From IMG/VR virus record IMGVR_UViG_3300017971_000140: 39,570 bases of DNA; one strand, written 5' to 3'. The notes under the pieces are model-generated. The model had not been told where the DNA came from, did no database searches, and was given only the letters and a program-made list of their open reading frames with translations. The position numbers were made by a program, and so were the translations under genes. Each line of letters begins with the position of its first letter. The stretch's first letter is position 1. Source of the stretch: a virus. Positions 18,613 through 25,501 of the stretch are shown here, in pieces.

Positions 18613-18649
18613 CCGTACACTCTATGTAGGAGTCGTAGTAATGTGTCAC
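18613..18649 (-). promoter_or_regulatory. Late-promoter-like bipartite motif, copy F (GTGACAC-N14-TACATAGAGTGTACGG)
   Basis: Divergent box but the same 14-nt spacing. Ends 32 nt before ATG 18580. Confidence 0.5.
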
Positions 18650-19888
18650 TCAAAAAACAAGAAGTCCTTCGATAAATGCTTTAAGATACTCTATTCGCAG
18701 GATTATAGAGTCAGTGGGGAATTCTCCAGTGTAAAGGGTGCGTGATAGGTAGACGTTGTAGTAAACTTCTAGGAATGGGGTATAGAGTGGGGATTTTCTT
18801 AGGTCTCCGTAATCGATCTCGCACAAGTCTTTGTGCATCTGCGCCAAGCGTTTTATAAAGGCGTCGGATTCGTCGAGCTTTGCTGGGTTGAGCTTCCGGA
18901 TAGTGCCGCTTGGCTCTAAGTTGGCCGTATCTGGACACCACTTGGCCGTATTCGGGATATTTCGGCCATTTTTGGCTAGATTTTTGACCGAAAACGACGA
19001 TTCTTTAGCTAAAAATCCAAGTGACTCGGCTTCATTAGCCCAGATGGCTTGTCGTGGATTGTCAATCGCTGATTCGAAGCCTAGGGATTGCGGATAAACA
19101 CCGCCGTCTGCTGTTGGGTTGAGATCCACACCTAGGAGGAGGAATTCTTTTACCTTAAGCCGTTGAGCTAAGCGGAAAGAGAAGGTGGAGACACCGATAT
19201 TCCCTTCGTGTAAGGTTTCGGAACCGGGTTCTAGGTAATCAGCAAAGGGGAAAGTAGATAGGCCAGTTGTTAAAGCTACCGGGCCACGCCAGTTCGCTAA
19301 GAGTTTGGGGTTTACGCCTGAGCCTGCTAGTAGGATTGTGGACTTTGCAAAGGATTCTGGGACATCACCGCGAGAGGCTACGCTTGGGTTGGGGTCGCAG
19401 ACAAGACAAAGATCGGGCGACAGGCCGCGATCGGCAAAAGCTTTAATGGCAGAGCCACCAGCGACGACACGAGCATACCCAGTGTTGAGGCAGAATTCCA
19501 CGAAGTCCCAAGACTCATAGAGCGAGGGGCCTGCGCCGCAGAATAACAACCGTTGTGTTGAGCCAGCAAGTTGATCGAGGAGGGAGCGGAAAGAGCGCCC
19601 GTCTGTGGGGGAGAAAGTCTTGTTGGTGAGGTAGTTGGCAAGGAAGGGGGAGACGTTGGCGCTGAGGTGAGAGACGCAGAGTTGAGAGCGGAGGATTGTT
19701 TCGAACTTCTTTTTGAGGCGATTGGGTGCATCCAGGGTGAAAGGGCGGGGACTGTACGCAAGTCCTTGAGTGAGAAAGTTGAACTGTTCGGGGTTAAGAG
19801 TGAGTGAAGCCAAAGGGGTTTCTACAGAGATTTTGTTGTTCTTTAGTTGGCGTAATTTAATCGGGACTGGTTTAAATTTGATGTGCAT
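18650..19888 (-). CDS. Maf-like / DUF115 (MptE-like fold) putative nonulosonic-acid transferase
   Basis: LLFCGAGPSL...ARVVAGGSAIKAFADRGLSPDLCLVCDPNP...LLLGVDL matches the core pattern of motility-accessory-factor DUF115 proteins. GGGAGG upstream. Confidence 0.55.
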   Translation of the reverse strand: MHIKFKPVPIKLRQLKNNKISVETPLASLTLNPEQFNFLTQGLAYSPRPFTLDAPNRLKKKFETILRSQLCVSHLSANVSPFLANYLTNKTFSPTDGRSFRSLLDQLAGSTQRLLFCGAGPSLYESWDFVEFCLNTGYARVVAGGSAIKAFADRGLSPDLCLVCDPNPSVASRGDVPESFAKSTILLAGSGVNPKLLANWRGPVALTTGLSTFPFADYLEPGSETLHEGNIGVSTFSFRLAQRLKVKEFLLLGVDLNPTADGGVYPQSLGFESAIDNPRQAIWANEAESLGFLAKESSFSVKNLAKNGRNIPNTAKWCPDTANLEPSGTIRKLNPAKLDESDAFIKRLAQMHKDLCEIDYGDLRKSPLYTPFLEVYYNVYLSRTLYTGEFPTDSIILRIEYLKAFIEGLLVF

Positions 19889-19916
19889 GGAAAGAGTCCT
19901 CCCTCTTTGATATGCG

Positions 19917-20297
19917 TTACTTCTTCTTTTTTCTGAGTTTGCGGACTTCTGCTTTGAGGTCTGCGAGTTCTTCTTGCTTGTGGAGCATGTCCCAGTTGTC
20001 GCCGAGTGAAGCTTCCATGCGGTTGACGTAGGTTTGGATTTCCTCGGTGAGGCTCATGAGATGAAGTTGGTCTCGGGGTGAAACGTCACACTTCTGGAAT
20101 ACGATATCGTGGAAGGTGCGCAATTCTTCGAGGGCTGAACAAACATAACGGTTGGGCATATTAAACCTATGAATAAGGGTTGATTCCTCCACTCTTTTTA
20201 TGTACCGGGGGTGATATTTTGTCGCGTCGAGTAGGCAAAAAAGGTCACATATTTGTAGGTAACGGTGTATGTCGATGAGTTTCGGGGAAAGAGTCAA
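19917..20297 (-). CDS. Hypothetical protein with a C-terminal coiled coil and Lys tail; start uncertain
   Basis: 126-codon ORF from TTG 20297 with no SD. The first ATG is at 20159, also without an SD. Confidence 0.35.
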   Translation of the reverse strand: MTLSPKLIDIHRYLQICDLFCLLDATKYHPRYIKRVEESTLIHRFNMPNRYVCSALEELRTFHDIVFQKCDVSPRDQLHLMSLTEEIQTYVNRMEASLGDNWDMLHKQEELADLKAEVRKLRKKKK

Positions 20298-21097
20298 AAC
20301 GTGTATGGAGTGTAACCTGGAAATAAAGGCGCAAAAATAACTTCTAGGTGCATTTCTAGGTGCGCCTGTGGAATTAGCGGAAAGTGCTCTCCCCTAAGGG
20401 GTTGCTCGTTGAAAACCAAAAAATTTAGCTCAGCAACGTATAGATTTACACCACCCCCCTTCAGGGGTTTTTCTAAAATCGCCTTTTTCTAGAGCGCATA
20501 CTGAGGCTTAGCGACTTGGGATTGTATGGTTGATTCGAAGGCAACATAACATGTGTTATCGGACCATGTATGTTGTTTATTTCTTTTGGGTGTATACCCC
20601 TATCAAGGAATGACCCCTAGTAGCGTCGGGGGTGTTCGCATTACAGCGGGGGAGGAATGGTACACGTTGGCTAGAGGCGTTATGCTCGTGGTGGCGCTTA
20701 GAACAAGCCGTGGGAGTTAGGTACTACAATGTAGTACTTCAAGGCTGGGGAAGTAGACGATGAGGTTGGAGTCGTGGGAGTAGTTGGACAGAGTATTGAT
20801 TCCTTCTTGGTGTATCATGTACACAAAAGCGTTGTTTTCTATGCACGACGGTGGGATGAGTCCACAAAATGATGATTATTGTGCCTTTTACCCTGTAATT
20901 AGTGACAACTTCATGGTCGTTGACTTGATCGCCGACCAAGTGGGGGCACTTCTCTCACTACGTGCGAGTGGGCACTGTCCTTGGGAAGCTAGGAAAGAGC
21001 CTCTAATTGACCCTGACGTAAGCTAACGCCCCAGGTTGTTAACCTGAGGCGATGTGGGGCGATTACTCCTTGTGGTATAGTTTCTTGTGCGCGTCCT
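20298..21097. other. 800-bp ORF-poor gap with local hairpins and short direct repeats
   Basis: Contains only two mutually overlapping 66-80 aa ORFs, neither with an SD. The rest of the genome is tightly packed. Confidence 0.7.
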
Positions 21098-21826
21098 CTA
21101 ACTTCTTACTTCCTCCATTGCGTAGGTTAGTTCGCGCCAGGTGTAACCGATTGGGTCTGTCATCCGGCGAAGGGCACGTCGCAGTTGCACGTAGTCCTCT
21201 GGTGTGTCAAGTGTACACCTGAGGTTAGAGTAGTCACCGCCGCAGGGTGTCACGTATGAGACGTTGTGTGAATTCTTAACTAAGTCCCGAGGATAGCCTT
21301 GATAGGTGCGGATCATCGGAGTGACGTGCTCCCTTGCTGCGCAAGGTTCATCGATGATGTGGTCATCGGCTTCTACCAACGCGCTAAATGGAAAGAGCTC
21401 GAAATCAAAGCCTTTGGGGAATGTTCGCGCCGAGGTGTTGGACAAGTACCTTGAGTTTGTGCGGTGAAACGTAAGGATTGCATCGTCTATCAGCTGAGGG
21501 TCAGTGAAAGGACAATCCGCTGTAATGCGAATGATGCAAGATTCTTCGTGAGCACCGAAACGCTTGGCTGCTTGAACGTAGCGTGTTAGTACGTCTTCTT
21601 CGGGGCCTCGATGGGAGCAGGTGGCCCAACGAAGGCAGAGGTCAGCGATGGGGTCATCGAGTGGTGAGTCAGTGGTGGCGACAACGACACGGTCAACGTG
21701 CTTGCACTGGGCTACTCGTTGGAGTAGGTGCTCCAACACTGTAGTGCCATCAGTTGCTAGTGGATAGAGCACCTTGCCTGGGAGTCGGGTCGACCCCATG
21801 CGGGCTTGGATTATTAGTAGGTTCAT
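21098..21826 (-). CDS. SpsF-type cytidylyltransferase (CTP_transf_3 family; nonulosonate/acylneuraminate-type sugar activation)
   Basis: N-terminal LLIIQARMGSTRLPGKVL, then VVVATTD, RGPEEDVLTRY, IIRITADCPFTDP, REHVTP and CTLDTPEDY. AGGAGG upstream, ATGA overlap with the preceding gene. Confidence 0.8.
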   Translation of the reverse strand: MNLLIIQARMGSTRLPGKVLYPLATDGTTVLEHLLQRVAQCKHVDRVVVATTDSPLDDPIADLCLRWATCSHRGPEEDVLTRYVQAAKRFGAHEESCIIRITADCPFTDPQLIDDAILTFHRTNSRYLSNTSARTFPKGFDFELFPFSALVEADDHIIDEPCAAREHVTPMIRTYQGYPRDLVKNSHNVSYVTPCGGDYSNLRCTLDTPEDYVQLRRALRRMTDPIGYTWRELTYAMEEVRS

Positions 21827-22137
21827 GCTTCACCTCCTGCTTCGCAGCTTAGTTGTTGAGTCTTAGGGTTTAGGTAGAAAGAGCGGTCCTTCTCTGCTAG
21901 GTTATACACCTTGAGGTAAAGCTCCTTCGTGGCTTGAGCGCAGTAGAAGCGGCGGCCAAGTGATTCAGCTGCATGCGGAGTGAGCACGTTGAGTTCGCTG
22001 CGTTCCGCGGAGAGAGCTGGCAGTGTTTCCGGGTCGGCTATGGAAAGCCAGGTTATTGCTTGCGCATAGCAGTGACCAAAATCTTCGGCCATTGCTATGA
22101 TGCGGCGGTGCTTGGTGTCAACTATTGCTTTGGTCAT
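21823..22137 (-). CDS. Hypothetical protein
   Basis: 104 aa, AAGGAG upstream, TAATG overlap. Confidence 0.5.
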   Translation of the reverse strand: MTKAIVDTKHRRIIAMAEDFGHCYAQAITWLSIADPETLPALSAERSELNVLTPHAAESLGRRFYCAQATKELYLKVYNLAEKDRSFYLNPKTQQLSCEAGGEA

Positions 22138-22586
22138 TAGTCTTCTCCTTGGTTGTATTCACTTGGTTTTACTACCCCACCGCACTGGGCTTCTGTGATT
22201 CGATTGAGGCCGGCTTCCAGAGCGTCGACGTTACGTTGGTATTCGTCGGCCCTTCGAGTAGCTTTGACTTTGGCTATCTCCTCTGGTGTGAGGGGAAAGA
22301 GCGTCTCCCCGTTGGCGGTGGCTGGGTCTACTGCTGTGAAGTCGAGAGGTAAAGCCTTTAAACCTTTTGTTAGCTGACATATAGCGTCGAGTGCATCGTC
22401 GTCCTGGAGTTCATCTTGCAACACCATATCGTGTTGTGCTCCTTGGGTTTTGGGTTCTAGGTTGTCAGGTGTTACGTACTTGAAGTTAAGACTTGCGTTG
22501 AGTAGCCCAGCTTTGATCTTTTCGTCAGTGACTTTTCTTGATACGTGCTTCCAAATCGGATGGATGAATAGGGTGTAGTCTTTCAT
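22137..22586 (-). CDS. Hypothetical protein
   Basis: 149 aa from ATG 22586 (AAGGAGG upstream). The track's longer start would lie upstream of the promoter. Confidence 0.5.
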   Translation of the reverse strand: MKDYTLFIHPIWKHVSRKVTDEKIKAGLLNASLNFKYVTPDNLEPKTQGAQHDMVLQDELQDDDALDAICQLTKGLKALPLDFTAVDPATANGETLFPLTPEEIAKVKATRRADEYQRNVDALEAGLNRITEAQCGGVVKPSEYNQGED

Positions 22587-22620
22587 GGTGTGGCCTCCTT
22601 TGTTTGCCTTTGTACCTTTC

Positions 22621-22649
22621 ATTGTATCAGTTGTCGGAATTATTGTCAA
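22621..22649 (-). promoter_or_regulatory. Sigma70-type promoter TTGACA-17-TACAAT with a CCGACAA spacer box
   Basis: Minus strand reads gtccTTGACAataattCCGACAActgaTACAATg. Confidence 0.65.
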
Positions 22650-23028
22650 GGACTTTAATATTAATTTTTACATAGCGTTTTCTGATTCCTCTGATAGAGA
22701 TCCGCTTAGTGGGTAGACCGAGCGACCGCAGGGCTTTACAGAAAGTTGCAAGTGTGTAGGAATTATCCTTTGTTTCTGCTTGGTATTGCCTGAAAAGTGC
22801 GCTTGCCTCTGTGTAATGGTCGCCGTGGGTTATGTTGTGCCCCTCGATCCAAGCGCCGATGGGGTTTCTTTTGGTTGCTTTGATAGTGACCTTCTCTACC
22901 TTGGTAAGTAAGGCGCACAGTTCGTCGACCTGGGATTGGGTGAACCTGTCCAGTAAAATATCAAGTTCTTCTGTGAGGTCTGGCAGGAATTCTATGTGTT
23001 TTTCTAGTCTCTTGGTGTTAGTGCTCAT
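22627..23028 (-). CDS. Hypothetical early protein, possibly DNA-binding
   Basis: 133 aa, AAGGAGG upstream. The C-terminal part loosely resembles winged-helix tails of P4/D5-type primases. Confidence 0.4.
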   Translation of the reverse strand: MSTNTKRLEKHIEFLPDLTEELDILLDRFTQSQVDELCALLTKVEKVTIKATKRNPIGAWIEGHNITHGDHYTEASALFRQYQAETKDNSYTLATFCKALRSLGLPTKRISIRGIRKRYVKINIKVLDNNSDN

Positions 23029-23057
23029 TGATTGCTCCTCCTTAGTGGGTTACCTTC

Positions 23058-23086
23058 GTTATAGCAGTTATCGGAGTTTCTGTCAA
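23058..23086 (-). promoter_or_regulatory. Sigma70-type promoter TTGACA-17-TATAAC with a CCGATAA spacer box
   Basis: Minus strand reads cccTTGACAgaaactCCGATAActgcTATAACg, about 30 nt before ATG 23028. Confidence 0.65.
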
Positions 23087-23287
23087 GGGCTTTAGTAAAA
23101 AACTTTGCTTGGATTATCGGATTTATCCTTAATGCTTGAGGCTAGGTGAGTTAGCTTCGGAAATTTCTGCGCGGATTCCTAGTGGTTAGTCAGGACAAAA
23201 CTAAGCTTTTTCGACTAGGTACCCCCCTTTCCTGCCCGGTGTTTAACGAAAACCCAGGTGTTTTTGTTTGCACTCAAGTTTTTACTT

Positions 23288-23302
23288 TATACTATGAGTA
23301 TT
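23288..23302. repeat. 15-bp box TATACTATGAGTATT, copy 1 (contains ATACT-N3-AGTAT dyad)
   Basis: Exact repeat of 23350-23364. Each copy is preceded by TTTAC. Confidence 0.6.
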
Positions 23303-23349
23303 TTACATCACGTAGACAATAACCACCTGTACACCAGCTCTTTACCGAA

Positions 23350-23364
23350 TATACTATGAGTATT
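23350..23364. repeat. 15-bp box TATACTATGAGTATT, copy 2
   Basis: Exact repeat, 62 bp from copy 1. Confidence 0.6.
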
Positions 23365-23413
23365 GAGTAAGATTTGAGCCTCAAACTGAGATTTTACTGG
23401 GCAGAGAGGGCAG

Positions 23414-23583
23414 ACCGGGCAGCACCTCGTAACCTAGTCACCTTTAGTAGTTTATCCTGCCCAGTGCGTCATTTCTACTGGGCAGCAACCGGACAGCAAC
23501 CGGGCAGCACCTCGTAACCTAGTCACCTTTAGTAGTTTATCCTGCCCAGTGCGTCATTTCTACTGGGTAGCAACCGGACAGAG
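23414..23583. repeat. 85-bp tandem direct repeat, 2 copies (about 82/85 identical), each containing the inverted pair CTGCCCAG-N14-CTGGGCAG
   Basis: 23414-23498 versus 23499-23583. There is an extra CTGGGCAG at 23397-23404. Confidence 0.85.
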
Positions 23584-23605
23584 CAAGAAGTTTTTGCTAA
23601 TGTGT

Positions 23606-23634
23606 TTGACAAAAAAGACGATATTTATTATACT
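23606..23634 (+). promoter_or_regulatory. Sigma70-type early promoter TTGACA-17-TATACT
   Basis: Consensus -35, 17-nt spacer and a near-consensus -10, 27 nt before ATG 23661 with AAGGAGG in between. Confidence 0.75.
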
Positions 23635-23660
23635 GAAGGAAACCAACAAGGAGGGACACC

Positions 23661-23834
23661 ATGGAACTTACTACAGAACAGATTGAGCAGATCTATAAAG
23701 AGGTGGACGAGTGGCGAGCGTACTTAATAGTTACTTACGGCAACAAGGCGTTTAGGAGGGGACAGTATCCCTACTCTATGGATGATACCATTGTTGATTG
23801 GGCCACACGAAAAGTACTAAAGGATCAATCATGA
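23661..23834 (+). CDS. Hypothetical early protein (57 aa, below the ORF-track cutoff)
   Basis: AAGGAGG 7 nt upstream. ATGA overlap with the next gene. Confidence 0.6.
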   Translation: MELTTEQIEQIYKEVDEWRAYLIVTYGNKAFRRGQYPYSMDDTIVDWATRKVLKDQS

Positions 23835-24151
23835 CACAAGAGCACGTATGGGCCTTATATAAGGGGGTGAAACCCTTCAAAACCGAGGGGTGGTGTGCAT
23901 ACACTCAGATTGACGGTGTACAAGCCTTGTTATATACAGGTGATACGGCCGAGGAATGCGCCAGTGCTTACGATGAATATATCACACTTCTGAAGCCTAA
24001 GAAATGGCAGTCAAATCTTAATAAAGTTACTGGCAAACACTGCCCTCTAAAACTTTGGAGCGGGTTGGCGAGACTAGCCTCCCCGAAAGTTATGAGGGTA
24101 GCGAGTATATTAGAGGAGCACTTTTTTAACCAACAAGGAGGTAACCAATGA
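23831..24151 (+). CDS. Early protein with an AP2-like DNA-binding domain (candidate regulator)
   Basis: KGVKPFKTEGWCAYTQIDGVQALLYTGDTAEECASAYDEYI fits the AP2 pattern GV..(K)W.A.I...G....G.F.T.EEAA.AYD. Confidence 0.45.
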   Translation: MTQEHVWALYKGVKPFKTEGWCAYTQIDGVQALLYTGDTAEECASAYDEYITLLKPKKWQSNLNKVTGKHCPLKLWSGLARLASPKVMRVASILEEHFFNQQGGNQ

Positions 24152-24687
24152 GACTTTTTACCCTATTAACCATAGCCCTTACCCTATTAATAGGTGAAGT
24201 TGAGGCTAACAAGAAGTTTTTCCGCATCTATGATCTGATGGAAGTTAAGTATAGTGAGCATACATCCCTTAAACCTTTAGATGGGATTGGAAATATAGCG
24301 GCTGTATACAATAGTTGGCACGATGATATTAAGATTCTGAAGCAGGGGTTGTTCCAGTCTGACCGCGACTATCTACAAACAATACTGCACGAGTTAGCAC
24401 ACTGGGCAGGTGGAAGGGAATATCGAGCGCACCGCCACATTGACGATACTTATATTGAGGAAGTGATCGCAGAAAACGTGGCTCTGAAGCTATCCACAAA
24501 GCTATTTGGTGGACGTTATGCGGACTCTGTCGAAAATGTACTTCATTATTTGACGAGTCATCCTACTTACCGACCTCTGAACGATCCTGAGTTGGCGCTT
24601 ATAGACGCTTGCGTAAGAAACACTTATATGTTTTTGATAAAAGATTTAAAAAGGGTTGACGTAAATAACGAGCTTGGGTTAAGATAA
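24148..24687 (+). CDS. Zincin-like metallopeptidase domain protein (ArdC / PolyVal-type HExxH) with an N-terminal signal peptide or TM
   Basis: MRLFTLLTIALTLLIGEVEA, then ILHELAHWAGGREYR...YIEEVIAENVALKL. AAGGAGG upstream. Confidence 0.6.
   Translation: MRLFTLLTIALTLLIGEVEANKKFFRIYDLMEVKYSEHTSLKPLDGIGNIAAVYNSWHDDIKILKQGLFQSDRDYLQTILHELAHWAGGREYRAHRHIDDTYIEEVIAENVALKLSTKLFGGRYADSVENVLHYLTSHPTYRPLNDPELALIDACVRNTYMFLIKDLKRVDVNNELGLR
24656..24685 (+). promoter_or_regulatory. Possible sigma70-type promoter TTGACG-18-TAAGAT
   Basis: Lies in the last codons of the preceding gene, 32 nt before ATG 24718. Confidence 0.35.
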
Positions 24688-24717
24688 AGGTATAAGAAAA
24701 AGCCAGAGGAGGCGACC

Positions 24718-25167
24718 ATGGACTACGATTTATTGGACAGAGTGGCTAAGAGGATGAGCGTTAGAATAGAATTCGCTGATACAGGGATAGAGCACTGCCA
24801 CGGTATTTGTGAGTACTGGGATAGCAAGGTTATCATAGACAGCTCTTTACCAGAAGAGCATAGGGCGCATGTGTTGTTGCATGAATTGGCACACGTCACA
24901 GGATCCAAGGAGAGATTGGACAGGGAGACATTGACCTCTTATGGTTCAAACACTCTTTACGCTCTCGTTGAGGAGATGATAGCAGAATCAACCGCTGTGG
25001 CCATACTAAAGAGTTTCGGACTCAACCCACGTATGCGGCTAATGGATCGCTTAGGCGCTGAGTGTGATGCTCAGGGGATAGAGTGGGAGCACGACATAGA
25101 ACCAGAGGTAGAGAGAATAATTGATTACTTAAGTAAACATTTCAAGGAGGTATACGAATGCCAGTAA
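24718..25167 (+). CDS. Zincin-like metallopeptidase domain protein (ArdC / PolyVal-type), cytoplasmic paralogue
   Basis: LLHELAHVTGSKERLDR...YALVEEMIAESTAVAIL. GAGGAGG upstream. Confidence 0.6.
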   Translation: MDYDLLDRVAKRMSVRIEFADTGIEHCHGICEYWDSKVIIDSSLPEEHRAHVLLHELAHVTGSKERLDRETLTSYGSNTLYALVEEMIAESTAVAILKSFGLNPRMRLMDRLGAECDAQGIEWEHDIEPEVERIIDYLSKHFKEVYECQ

Positions 25168-25328
25168 AACAATATTGGGTTCATTTAGACGGGTTCAAGG
25201 TTTGTTACCCTACAATGGAGCAGGCTGAGGAGTGTGCCGCATCAATAGCTCAGTCTAGATCAGAGGGTCAGGGGAAAGAGCGGTGGTGCGAGGAGTACGA
25301 CAACATAGAAATTGAGGTGGAAGAATGA
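25158..25328 (+). CDS. Hypothetical protein (56 aa)
   Basis: AAGGAGG 7 nt upstream of ATG 25158. ATGA overlap downstream. Confidence 0.5.
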   Translation: MPVKQYWVHLDGFKVCYPTMEQAEECAASIAQSRSEGQGKERWCEEYDNIEIEVEE

Positions 25329-25501
25329 CGCAGATAGAATTTATCCATGATTGGGGTAGCCATAACTTGACACTCCCCGAACCGAAGGGAGATGATCCTT
25401 TGTTTACTGTAGTAGAAGCTGATTATGTAGAGGAGTTTTGTGAAGAAACTGGAGAGGTATACCTCAGGCCCCAAGTCACGTTAGAGAGGATTAAAGAATG
25501 A
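25325..25501 (+). CDS. Hypothetical protein (58 aa)
   Basis: Part of a chain of ATGA-coupled ORFs. Confidence 0.45.
   Translation: MTQIEFIHDWGSHNLTLPEPKGDDPLFTVVEADYVEEFCEETGEVYLRPQVTLERIKE

Noticed and set aside
20188-20203. Degenerate late-motif-like sequence TACATAAAAAGAGTGG (minus strand) inside ORF 19917-20297
   Set aside because: It has an extra base relative to the box and no AACAC element at the 14-nt distance (GCGACAA instead). It is probably chance similarity, though it could mark the real start region of the downstream ATG at 20159.
20739-21026. ORFs 20739-20939 (minus, 66 aa) and 20784-21026 (plus, 80 aa) in the large gap
   Set aside because: They overlap each other. They start at non-ATG or unsupported codons without a usable SD, and their sequences are not protein-like. 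I treated them as non-coding, but cannot exclude a small gene.
21027-21061. Nested hairpin after the cytidylyltransferase gene, considered as an intrinsic terminator
   Set aside because: There is no U-tract on either strand. I list it only as structure within the gap.
22587-22649. Longer N-terminus for ORF 22137-22649
   Set aside because: It would begin upstream of the -10 of the TTGACA-17-TACAAT promoter. ATG 22586 has AAGGAGG at the correct distance.
23451-23459. DnaA-box-like TTATCC sequences in the repeat units and at 23124-23129
   Set aside because: Only the first six bases match the TTATNCACA consensus, which is too weak to call.
23414-23583. Tandem repeat considered as a possible CRISPR mini-array
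   Set aside because: There are only two directly abutting 85-bp units with no unique spacers, and no cas genes.
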